DNA from: Tricharina praecox
Taxonomy: Eukaryota
DNA: 64,000 nt
Assembly (NCBI RefSeq): GCF_024521635.1
Contig: NW_026250407.1
Coordinates: 1,302,001 to 1,366,000, forward strand
Reading direction: 5' to 3'
Part shown: positions 10,247-21,228 of the stretch, piece by piece
Numbering within the stretch: position 1 is the stretch's first letter
Layout of the letters: each line of letters begins with the position of its first letter
The notes under the pieces: model-generated
What the model was told of the DNA's origin: nothing
What the model saw: the letters and a program-made list of their open reading frames with translations, nothing else
Databases searched by the model: none
Made by a program: the position numbers and the translations under genes

Positions 10247-13200
10247 CAGTCCGAGTTACTATAACTGACGTGGGGAGGGGAAGGAAGGGAATTGCAGCAT
10301 TGAAATAACGACAGACGACGTATAAATACGCATCCTCAGACGTCAATATCTATCCCGGATGGTGTCTGTTTCGAATCGGGCCGGAAGCGCTTGTTAAAAA
10401 CCTCGCCACGGATCACCGCTGACGTTTTTTTTCCTTTCATTGTTCCATTGTCCCCCATTTCTTTTTTGCGGAGAAGGCGGTAGTAAACTTATTGGGTTTT
10501 TTTTTCTTTCTTGCTTTTTTGATTCTGGCAATTTCCCTCCGGAGGACCCCCCACAACCTTATTTTCTTTGAGCCCAATAGGCTTAACCCCCCACGTACAT
10601 ACCTATTTCCTGTTTAGTCATGTTGCCCGTTTGCTTCCATCTCACGATCTGGCGGTATCGACGCTTGTATTCGTTAATTGATTCCATTGGGGAGCGTACC
10701 TTTTTGCTCCGTTGCTTCGCGCTGCTTTCGTTCCTGGGCGAGTGAGTGCTGTTGGGAGTTGCGAAGGGGCGATGCCGGATTTCTCGGGACCGTAGTGAGC
10801 GCACGGAGGGTGAGGGGGAGAGGGGGAATAATATCTTTGAGAAATCCAAGCTCAACAGCGGGGAGGGGGCAGGCGGGTGGTAGTTACGTGTCTTAATGCT
10901 GTGCTAAATGATGCTGCCTGAGACTGAGCACACTGCGCACTGACCAGGAGTCAACATTTGGCGGCCCATGAGGCTGGCAGGGTAGTGAGTGCGCACACCA
11001 ATAAATACGGATCGCGAAACGAGAACAGAACGCTGACTGACTCTTTGGTAAAAGAGAGCGAGCCCGTTGTTAGGATAGCGTCCGCCTAGCGACGACTCAC
11101 GCGTGATGGGCCCGGGGCGGGGTGGGGCGGCATCGGAGACCAGTTGCGATTAAGCACCTTGTATCGTTAGTTACCATATCTACCGAACTAGTAGTATCCA
11201 GACCCATCGTGAACATGTTTTGTCTGCGCGGGGAAGTGAGCACCCACAGAGCCTGGTAATATACACTTGAGTACCGTATCCACGGCATCCGCGAGCCGCA
11301 TCAGCCTGGCCGTCGGTTGAAGCCTATGGTTATCGTTCTGAGCACCCACAATCACTCGATTCCTCCTTGTGACGCTTCGGGTTCGGAGCGAGGGACGCCG
11401 AAACGACTCTGAAACCGAGTTCACGGTGGTCGGTGGTATAGTACACGCATGAGATCCGATACCGAGCGCTTCGCCTGCTTCCTGTCAGTAGCCCAGCCCA
11501 TCATCAGTGCGCTCCCCGCTCGCGTGGATGTAGAAAGTCACGGGGGTGGTGGGCGGGGGCGGGTTGCAAGTCCCCGATTGGTCTGGCAGTCACTCGATGA
11601 GAACTCGATAGAGTACCCGTAACCCATAGAAACTCGACCACCAAGCAAGAGCGAGCCAGTCATCCACACCATAGAGTACCTACGGCTTCAGATGAGCACG
11701 GATCGGATGGTTCCAGGCTTCCAGCCTTACAACGGGCGGGCGGACGAAATGCGTCGCGCTTTACCGCTTTCCTTGCGCTTTGCATGAGAGGAATTAGGGT
11801 GGACCGCTCATGTGGTTTGCTGAATTGCGAGCTTCGAGTGCCAGCTCGAGAACGACTGCCTTGAACAGTGGTGGTGATGGTGGTGACGGTGGTGGTGTCA
11901 TGGGCTCCCCGCCAAGTGCTCGGTCTGATGGGTACCGCCGGTGAGACACGTGCGCAATCATTCGAAGTAAGTACCTACTATGAGTACAATACATATCATA
12001 CATACATCATACGTAGCTGTTCCCCTCGAAGCTTTTCCCATGTATATGTACATATGGTACGTGCTCCCAAGATCTCGATGCATGCATGTCAATTTGTAGT
12101 AGTCGTCAGCCGCATTACGCACCTTCTGTATCTGTGGCGCAGTGATGTTGTGGCTAGAGTAGTTAGGTATGCCGACATTGCGAGCGCGGCACCGAACAAG
12201 CTCTGTCGCCAAGGATTCGAAATTGAACGATGGGCGAGTGGACTGTGGTGTGGTGGTGGACGGCGAAAGACCGCCGGCTGCCATGGAGAGTAGAGTACCT
12301 AGAGTGGTGCAGAGTTCAAACCCTTCCGGCCGAGACTCGAGGCGCCCAGAACCGGACTGGAGAGGACTGGGAGCGGACTGGAGCGGACTGAACTGGAGAA
12401 GATCTTCGAAAGACTGGAGACTGGTTCGCGGAGGCGGAATACCTAGTACCTACTCTACGGTACTCTACTATTCTACGGTATGAATCCTATGATTTACCAG
12501 TGCAGGCCTATCTACTACTATTCGTATAGGTGCTATGTACTAGAGTACCTACCGTAGGCACGTATCCAATCCACCGCCAGAGGTCAGAACCATCCCAAGC
12601 TCTCGAGAGTCTCAGTCGACATCTACTACCGGTACTATGTATATACGGTACGGCACCTACTCTGTGCTATGTTTACACCCGGTGGCGCTCCCGTTTCGTC
12701 TCGCCTCGCCTCGTCACTACCTACCTACTTTCGTCTCGTCAATCCCAGAATCCCGGATTCCCGGATTCCCAGGCTTATCCTGCATCCGGCGGCCACACCC
12801 ACCGGTGGGCCGGTGGCCGATAGGAGCTTATGCGTCACCTAGACCCCCTCCCCAGTGCCCACGTAGGTTGTCAGGATCGCTGTGTTGGGTGCGGAGGAGT
12901 GATGGGTTGGTATCTGCCGAAGTAAGTGGTTCGGACTCAGTCACTCAGGGTGCCCTGCCAATCGTGCGTACCCGCTCCGCTCTGCTCTTATGGCACGGTG
13001 TTGACTGCCAGCAAGAACCTCCACATCTCCAGAGTCCTTCCCAGGTAACTGGGTAACTACCCGACACCGGCACCAAGTTCCACAGTCGGTACATACCTCC
13101 ATACCTACCACTTATATAGTCGCCCCCGCCGCCCGGCCGATAACCACTCTCCCCATCCCCTCCCCATCCCCTCCCCATCCCCATCACATCCCCTCCCTTC

Positions 13201-14708
13201 CCCTTCCTTTTTATAATCTCCATTTCCCATTCGCGCGGAGCGTCGGAGGGCCGGAGGGTTGGAGGCTGACATGATGTGAGGCCTGGCCTGGCCTGGAGGG
13301 ATGCTCATAGTACGCTACCGTGCCCATAGTACCGTACGTATTACCGTACCTATCGCGGATTCGCAGCACACGCGTCGTTCCTGCTCGCTGCACGTCGCAC
13401 GTCGTAGTCGCACATCCATGATCCGGTGCAGCGGCGCGGTGCGTATTCGATGGGGGTTTTTTTTCGCACGACTGGGTCTTGGGGTCCTGGGCCGATCGAA
13501 GTTTGAAGGCGACGGTATGAACTGAGAGGGACCGCTCGGGGCTGCGGTGCAGCGGTGAACGGTGGTAATCATCCGGACTCACCCCCCCTCTGTGTTGTCT
13601 GTGCAAGCTCGAGCCTCAGGTCGAGGTTGAGACCAGGTCTGGCGTTCAGTTGTGTGGATTCCATGGAGTCACTGGAGTCACTGGAGTGTGGGTAGGGCTG
13701 GCGTAGCGAAGGTTTAGTTACACTGTTGGTCTGTTACGGTGCTAGTATTCTTCGCTTCGCCCGGCTATATATAGCTGTCAATGTCCATGAATGTAGATAT
13801 TTCGACACCATGTAGGTACTTGTAGATAGGGTACATACCGTACATTACCTTGACCTCGACTGACAGTCTGACGCTTGACGGACGCCGGACGGGACTGTAG
13901 GCTGTCGGTGGTCCATGTATAGCATGGCATACAGCAGTACGGTAACGGCACGTATCTTGCGTGGCTGGGGTCGCAGCCACACACTGCCACAGGGCTGGCA
14001 TAGAGTACCCCGCAGAAGGCTAACCAGCGATACAGGCTCACTCTGACTGAGGATGATGCTGATGATGCGTCAGGACTGCGGAAGACGGGCGCCATACGAG
14101 CCCGGTCCAGTACTGTGCAGTACCGTGCAGTACAGTCCAGTACACTGCTATATACTCGCGCAGGATTTGCACTGATCTACACTATGGGTACGAGAAAACA
14201 AACCGCCGGCGCAGGTTGCAGTGAGCACTGCCTCTGGTGCTCTGCCTACCAAGTAGAGTACCGGTATGCGTAGTGTACCTATGATAGCCACACCTTGCTA
14301 CAGCCTACGCTTATGCTTATGCTAAAAAGAGGTGCGGTTGCGTGTACATGAGTGCTACCAACCGATCCGCAGCCAGCGCAGATGTGGACCCTGGCCGGCC
14401 GTGGTGGCGCATCCATGTCCGTCCGTCGAACCGCAACCTCACGAATCCGATATGTATTCTTCTCTGCTTGCTTTGCTTTGCTCGCTTCCTCGCATGGCTC
14501 ACGCACGAGGCTGTGTAAGGAGGGAGGGAAGCAGAGTAAGAAAAGCAAAAGCAAAAGTCGATGTATGTAGTGTACAATACATAGTATATCTCTCGGTCGA
14601 CCCCCCGCAGCTCGGCTTTGTCTTCTCTTCTCTTCTGGGGAATGGAATGGATTCGAACGGTTCGCGCCCATTCCGTCCATCAACACTGCAGAATATATCT
14701 TCACCATC

Positions 14709-16971
14709 ATGCCGAATCAGCCCCCGCACTCCGATCTCATACAGCCCTACATCGATCTGTGGGAGAGCGTGCCGATCGGACGCTATCGAGACAACGACGA
14801 CCAAGATAAAGACCAGGTCCAAGACCGAGACCGAGACCGAGACGAAAACCGAGACCGTCCGCCGACTCCGCCGCCGAAGCCGAAGGAATTCCAGAAGCTC
14901 GCTATGCCGACACTCCGCAGGAAGGGCCCTCGGCTACATCGCACCGAAACGTTTGGACACCAAACACCGAGGGGAGGTGGGAAGGCGGAGGGCATGGTGC
15001 AGGTCACGGGTTGGAAGACAACGGGGCTATGTGTCGAGCCGGAAAGTGCACATCCCGCCGAAGCCAACGCCCAGTCGGACAGTTCGCAGCCCGCAACACC
15101 ACAAAGCGTCACTCACGCGTCGATATTCGCCGCGAACAATACCTACGCGTCGGTATTCGGCGCGGATCCCGACGCTTCGGTGCTTGAGCTGGCGAAGCCA
15201 GAGAGGAGGGAGGATGCAACGCCGTCGGAAAAGCTGCCGTTCACACCGGACGAGCTGTGGAATTTCCACCGGCCCCGGACGCCGCTGCCAGCGATGCCGA
15301 CCACCGTCTCGTGGGGCCCGCGGCGCAAGTCGACCGTCCACAAAGTGGACCCAGTTTTGGCCGCGGACTTCGACTTCTACGGATACCCGCCGTTCGAGCA
15401 CGCCCCGACATCCCCACGCACGAACGAGTCCGAGGAGTCCGTATCCCCGACCTCGACCACATTCTCGGGCTCTTCGGGAGCCTACAACTCGCCGGCCTCA
15501 TCCGTGGCCCCGAGCCCGTGCATCCCCAGCGCCGGCGCCCCGGTCAGCATCAAGGCGGCCAAGATGCTCGGGATCGACCCGTCCTCGCGCATAATCGCGA
15601 ACCGCGTATCAGCGCCCTCGTCCGGCTTCATCGCCGAGCTCCCGGACCGCTACAACTCGCACCGCACGCGGTCCGCGTCCGCGCCCCACTTCCCGCCCGT
15701 CTCGCTGCAGAAGTACAACACGGTGACGCGGACGCCGTCGGCGCCCACGGCGACCAAGCCGCCGCAGCAGCAGCCGCTGCTCGCAGCCTCGCGCACCGCG
15801 ATCCCCTACGACGCAACCAAAGACGCAAAGGCGATTTGGGACGCGCTGTACAGCGACCGCAAGATCGACGAGGACGCGCTGTCGTCGACACTAGTGTCGC
15901 TCACCCGCGGATCGCGCGCGAAGCTCCCGCGTTGCAAGAAGGCGTACCAGCAGCTGTTCGGGGAAGCGATGTCGGTGGACGTGCGCGCAGAGACGACACT
16001 GCACTACCGCACAACTTTGACGCGGCTGATCGCGGGCCCGCACGAGGCGGAGGCGCAGGCCCTCAAGCAGAACGAGAGCACGTTCTTCATGGACGACAAG
16101 ATGGTCGCCGAAGCCCTGTTTGGAAAAACCCCGGAGGAAATTCGCGGCATCAAATACCATTTCGAAGCGCTTCATGGAATCCCCCTACAGAAGGCCCTGC
16201 AGGACCTCTACCTCTCCAACACCGAGCCATCCGGCAGCGTCTTCGACACCGCGGGGCCGTCGTCGTCGTTTGGCAGGGCGTGTATCCGGGCGCTGCGCGC
16301 GGATAGACAGGTCGAGACGCTGGAGTCGCTGGCGGGGCTGAGCGAGGAGCGGATGATGAAGCGCGAGCAGAGGTTGACCTCGGACGTTGAGAATCTCTAC
16401 AGGGCGGACCCACAGCGCCGCGGATCGAACAAGTACCTCAACCAAGACTTGCTGCTGGAGCTGGTCATGCGCAGGAGCGATCTGTATCTGGGCGAGCTGT
16501 GCAGGATGTTTCAGGAACGACATGGGATCCAGCTCGCGGAGCTGGCGCTGGCAAAGGATAGGACCAGAATGAACTCGGCGTCGTACTACCCCGTCAGCCT
16601 GGTACGTCCATTCCCCCCATTCTCTGTCTATTGTCTATGATATATCGAACCCCCACTAACACCGCTCCCAGGGCTACGCAGTAGCGCACGTGCTCAAAGG
16701 CGCGATGAACAAGCCGCAGAGGGACGCGAAGCTTTTGGCGGACGCGATGAAAGGGCTGTGCACGAACGACGCACGGCTGATCGCACGATTAATCCGCATA
16801 CACTACGATCCCGACCCACGACACATGCTGTTCGTAAAGGAGATCTATCAGCAGCGGTACGGAAAGAGGCTTTCCGAAAAGGTGTGGAAACACTCGAAGG
16901 GCACGTATAGAGTTCTGCTACTGAAGATTGTCGAGGGCAGGAGCGATCTGTTGAATGATGATCTGTTTTGA
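14709..16971 (+). CDS. Divergent fungal annexin-family protein with long disordered N-terminus (~730 aa); exons 14709-16601, 16672-16971
   Basis: Annexin-repeat-like segments DAKAIWDAL...KKAYQQLFGEAMSVDVRAETTLHYRTTL and RDAKLLADAMKGLCTNDARLIARL...YQQRYGKRLSEKVWKHSKGTYRVLLLKIV. Intron 16602-16671 (GTACGT...CTAAC...CAG) keeps frame. Confidence 0.82.
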
Positions 16972-17787
16972 TGAACGGACGGGGACTAAGTCATATGTTT
17001 CTTTTCTTTTCTTTTCTTTTACTGTACAGTGGTCGGACAGGACTGGCAAGCGTGGGCGTTGGGAATCATTTTGGGTCATCATTTTAGATCATCATTTTGG
17101 GTTATCTGGGTACATATTCGGACGGGAGGCAGGTGTTGGTTGTGTTGGATGTGTTGGTTGGTGTTCTGTACATACAAATCTGCAAAGATCGAGAAGAAGA
17201 AGAAGCTTCGGTTCCAGAAGGCTGCGAGCCTGCGACGGAACATTCTAGCCAACCTACCATCATGGGTGCAGTCCGGTCCGATCCGCGCCCCTGCATCAAC
17301 CAATCAACCAACTAAAGCCCGTCCGTCACATTCGGCCCGACGCCACCACCACCGATGACGCACCGGAGAACTTCTCCGATCCATTGTCCATGACAAAAAA
17401 GTCCCGCCATCGGACCACCTCGTCCCATGCCATCTTCTCATCCATCCTTCTCATCCCAGGGCCCACAACCGAGAAGAGACTTCGTCTAGAGGAAGCGAAG
17501 TAATCACATCACGCCAGGAAGCTCCGGAATCGGACCACGGCCGGACGTCGGGAGGCCGCATCGCTCCTGTCCCGCTCCTGCTCCGCGGAGAAGAGGACTC
17601 GGCATGGGCGATTTCGGGAGCTTGCACGCTACTATGCTTACTCTACGGACGGGAGCGGAGGACGGCGGAGGATGAGGGTTACTGATCCAAAAAAACCTTT
17701 CGATGGCATTTGGCCAGCCAGTGGTGGTGGTGGTGCCGGTGCCGGGAGCAGCGGCTGGGGGGAGTTCAAGAGGAGGGGATGAGGAGA

Positions 17788-17794
17788 TATAAAA
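17788..17794 (+). promoter_or_regulatory. TATA box of the protoglobin gene
   Basis: TATAAAA ~75 bp upstream of ATG 17868, followed by a CA-rich 5' UTR. Confidence 0.55.
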
Positions 17795-17867
17795 ATCCCA
17801 CGATACCTCACTACCGCCAGTGGTATATACTCCATTACTACAGACACATACACATACACACCTCACA

Positions 17868-18754
17868 ATGGGCAACCCGATAACGCACGTCCCGGCCTCA
17901 TCGCTCAGTTCCCTCTCCACGCGAATCTCGTACCTGCGCAGCTTCATCTCCTTCAGCGCCAGCGACGCCTCCGTCCTGCACTCTAGCGCCTCCGTAGTCG
18001 CACCCTTGATCCCCGTGATCGTCGACACGGTCTACGAGAAGCTGTTATCATTTGACATCACAGCGCAGTCATTCGTGCCGCGGCAGACAGGATACTCCGG
18101 CGAAGCCCCCACGTCGCTGGACGAGCTCACGCCGGAGCACCCACAGATTCGCTTCCGAAAGGATTTCCTCGCCGGGTACCTGAGAAAGCTGGTCACAATG
18201 GATTATGATAAGATCGAGAGCTGGGAGTACCTCGATAAGGTCGGCGTTATGCATACCGGCAGGGCCGGGTTCGCGCATCGGTTTGTCTCCCACCCCCCAC
18301 CCCCCACCCCCCACCCCCAGAAATAAGCTCGGAGACTGATGAGTGACTACAGCGCCAAAAAACCCGCTCTGAGAGTAGAACTCGTCCACTGCGCGCTGCT
18401 GCTGGGCTACGTCGAGGACATCCTTGTGGGCGCGGTGATGGGGCATCCGGACTTGGACAACGATACGAAAACGGTCCTGTTGCGCGCTGTCAACAAGGTT
18501 CGTCCCTCCCCCTCCCCCTCTTCTTCCCTTGTGCCTTCCCGATCTTGGCAGCTAATGCAGTGCAGCTCCTCTGGATCCAGAATGATCTCTTCGCGCGGCA
18601 CTACGTCGCTGATGCCGACGCGGCGGAGGAGGCAGAGGCCAAGAAGATTATGGGGCGTGATAGGGTCGCGCTGGCGGCTGTGGCGATAGGGCTGGTCGCC
18701 GCGGGGGCGGGATTGATGCATGTTCTGGGACCCGCCGTGTTGTGGCAGACGTAG
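17868..18754 (+). CDS. Protoglobin/globin-sensor-domain protein with C-terminal hydrophobic anchor; exons 17868-18280, 18353-18497, 18566-18754
   Basis: RISYLRSFISFS..D, VYEKLLSFDITA..F, YLDKVG.MHTG and KLLWIQNDLFARHY are typical of fungal protoglobins. Introns 18281-18352 and 18498-18565 are canonical and frame-consistent. Confidence 0.88.
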
Positions 18755-19130
18755 AAGGGGAGCAGATGTGGATGGCGTTTGGGATTTGACTTCTGTAATG
18801 GGTTGGAACTTGGGTTGGCTTTCGGCGTGGATCGTATGACTCTTCTCACTTTATGGTTCAAATAGATCGTAGCTATCACTACTGGTGCACTATACTAGCT
18901 TTTCGTGATCACTGTGCGCTCTGTTATACTTGCTGTATAAGCATCCGACCCAGGTATTTACATCATGGCAACCGCACTCCGAGTATCCCATCTCCATACC
19001 GCTCTTGCGTCTTGACACCCAATTCCATCCATCCATCCATCCATCAAATGCCATTGCCAAGCGGAACACACACATCTAACCATCTATCCAGCCGACCAAC
19101 CGGCCTACCACTCAACCCGAACCCATCCCC

Positions 19131-20261
19131 TTATCCCTTCCCCTTATCCCTTACCACATCCCCCATAGCCCCATCCCACCTCGCACTTGCACTCCTCCCC
19201 ATTCCTAACTCGGCATCCTCCTCTTTAAGCTCCAGCGCATCAAGCAGCGTCTCAAAATCCCGCTCATCCAATTCCTTCCACCGGCGACTGCGCACAGTAT
19301 GCAGCGCACTCAACCATCGGGGCGGAAAGCATTCCTTGAAAAATTCCGGGCCGCCGCCGACGCCGTCCGCACCGAAGGCCCGGCCGGACCTCCCCCGAGG
19401 CGACGAGGGATCGAATGTGAAGGGGGGGTTGCGGGGGAAGATGGTTTCGGCTGCGGCCGATGCCGAGGCCGGGGAGCGGACTACTCCCGGCGCCGCGCTC
19501 GCCGACGCCGCCGTTACGGCAGCGTTTTCTATCAACTCCTGCGCAGCAATAATGCGGCGGACTGAGCGGGGCGACAATTCCGGCACTGTTTTGCCCCGTT
19601 TGGGTGTGGAAGAAGACGCTGGCTTCGCCACCCGGTGTTGCGAATTACGCCCGGAACGACGACCCTTCCCGCGCTCGCTCCGCGAGGCCGAACCAGCTTG
19701 CAGACGTTGGAATTCTGGCAGGTGGCCTAGCAGTGCTGCTGATTCGGCGGCTACGGCTGCCCGCCGCGCGGAGCGGGGTGATAGCTGCCGCGTCTGCTTG
19801 GCGGGCGTGAGGGTGCGGGAAAGGAGCGCGGGAATGGTCGCTGGCTGACTACGGGCGGGGATTGGCTCGGCGGGCGTGACTTTGCTGGTGAGGATGGCTA
19901 TGAGATTCGCCGGCCGACCACAGGCGAGGCATGTGGCTGCAGTGGTGCCGGTGGTGCTATCTATGATGAAGCGGCTATTGAGGTTCAGCAGGTCTGATAG
20001 GGACTGCGGAATGAGTTGGCAGTTGCAATATTTAGGTGTAGCGGGGGCGGGGAGGCATAAACCGCCGAAGGTATCGGGATTGGCGTGGGCGGTGGTAGCG
20101 GTACTGGTAGTCGGCGACGGGGGAACTGGGAGGTGGAGCTTCGGCGCCGGGTCCGTGCTCGCTTCACCCCCGAAGACACATACGTCCCCCACGTCCCCTC
20201 CATCTCTGCCGAAGAGATCGGAGATTAACGCCTCGACATCAGTATCGAAGTCCTCATCCAT
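19131..20261 (-). CDS. Hypothetical protein (376 aa) with a CxC...CxxC motif
   Basis: Uninterrupted ATG-initiated 376-codon ORF with A-rich context before the ATG; no recognised family. Confidence 0.6.
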   Translation of the reverse strand: MDEDFDTDVEALISDLFGRDGGDVGDVCVFGGEASTDPAPKLHLPVPPSPTTSTATTAHANPDTFGGLCLPAPATPKYCNCQLIPQSLSDLLNLNSRFIIDSTTGTTAATCLACGRPANLIAILTSKVTPAEPIPARSQPATIPALLSRTLTPAKQTRQLSPRSARRAAVAAESAALLGHLPEFQRLQAGSASRSERGKGRRSGRNSQHRVAKPASSSTPKRGKTVPELSPRSVRRIIAAQELIENAAVTAASASAAPGVVRSPASASAAAETIFPRNPPFTFDPSSPRGRSGRAFGADGVGGGPEFFKECFPPRWLSALHTVRSRRWKELDERDFETLLDALELKEEDAELGMGRSASARWDGAMGDVVRDKGKG

Positions 20262-20488
20262 TTTTTTTAGTCTTTCCGCTCGACTCGGGGCCAGGCATGT
20301 ACGTATAAGTAATCCTCCCCATCCTCAACTCGAATATGCGGGAGTCATTCATCTTGCCGCCCCCAATTATTCCGACGTGCACACACTGAACACGAATGAC
20401 ACCCCCAATCTCACTTCCATTACCCCTCCCGCATCCATTACCCCCTCCCACCACCGTCACCAACACCACCGCCGCCACAACCACTATC

Positions 20489-20755
20489 CTACTCCTCCTC
20501 AACCACTTCCTCGCCATAGCTCGCCTCGATATCATCCTCCTCCGTCGCCTTTCCCAAATTCTTCTCCTCCTCCATGCGCTCAGTCAGGTAAGCATTGACC
20601 CTATCCTGCAGCTGGGCGACGGCCTCGCGCACTGCGGCCAAATGCTTCGTGTCCGTGCCGTCGGCGGGCTCCGTCGCGATCGTGAACGTCTTGCTGTCCG
20701 AGGGCGCCGGGAGCGGCGATGCGTACACAGCTTCGATCTTGATGGGAGACGACAT
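20489..20755 (-). CDS. GON7: EKC/KEOPS complex subunit Gon7 (88 aa)
   Basis: A.Y.SP...KTF...HL..VR.AV..LQD.VNAYLTERMEE...E..YGEEVVEE matches the fungal Gon7 family. The real start is ATG 20755, inside the longer ORF. Confidence 0.88.
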   Translation of the reverse strand: MSSPIKIEAVYASPLPAPSDSKTFTIATEPADGTDTKHLAAVREAVAQLQDRVNAYLTERMEEEKNLGKATEEDDIEASYGEEVVEEE

Positions 20756-21228
20756 CGTAGGCAGTGCGCTTGGTTGGGTGTGGTGGGGGTGTGGTGGAAT
20801 GACGATGCTGGGTCGGTGGGGGGGGGTACTAATAGTTAGGTAGTGTAAAAATGAGGGCTTGGCACGAGTCACCACGCGTGCTTGAGCCTTGAGCCTTGAG
20901 CCTTGCGCGGTCGAGATTCGAGATTCGAAACCATCCATCCATCCCCACACCTGCACCGTCATCGATTCCCCAGTATATACAGTTACATCGTAATCATATC
21001 CACCAGCAATGTCCCATCAACCCCGCATGCGAACGAAAACAAACAAGGAAAAGAAGCTGTACTCGCCCGTAAAGTAATCATGTATCATCGATAAAAAAAC
21101 AAACCCGCAAAAGCAATCCGGCATAAGCAATCGTAAACATGCATGATATAACAAGCACGCAAAGTACGGTAAAGACAAAATGCTGTAGCACCTCCACATA
21201 AGACGAGACTCCTATATTACACCCCGCG

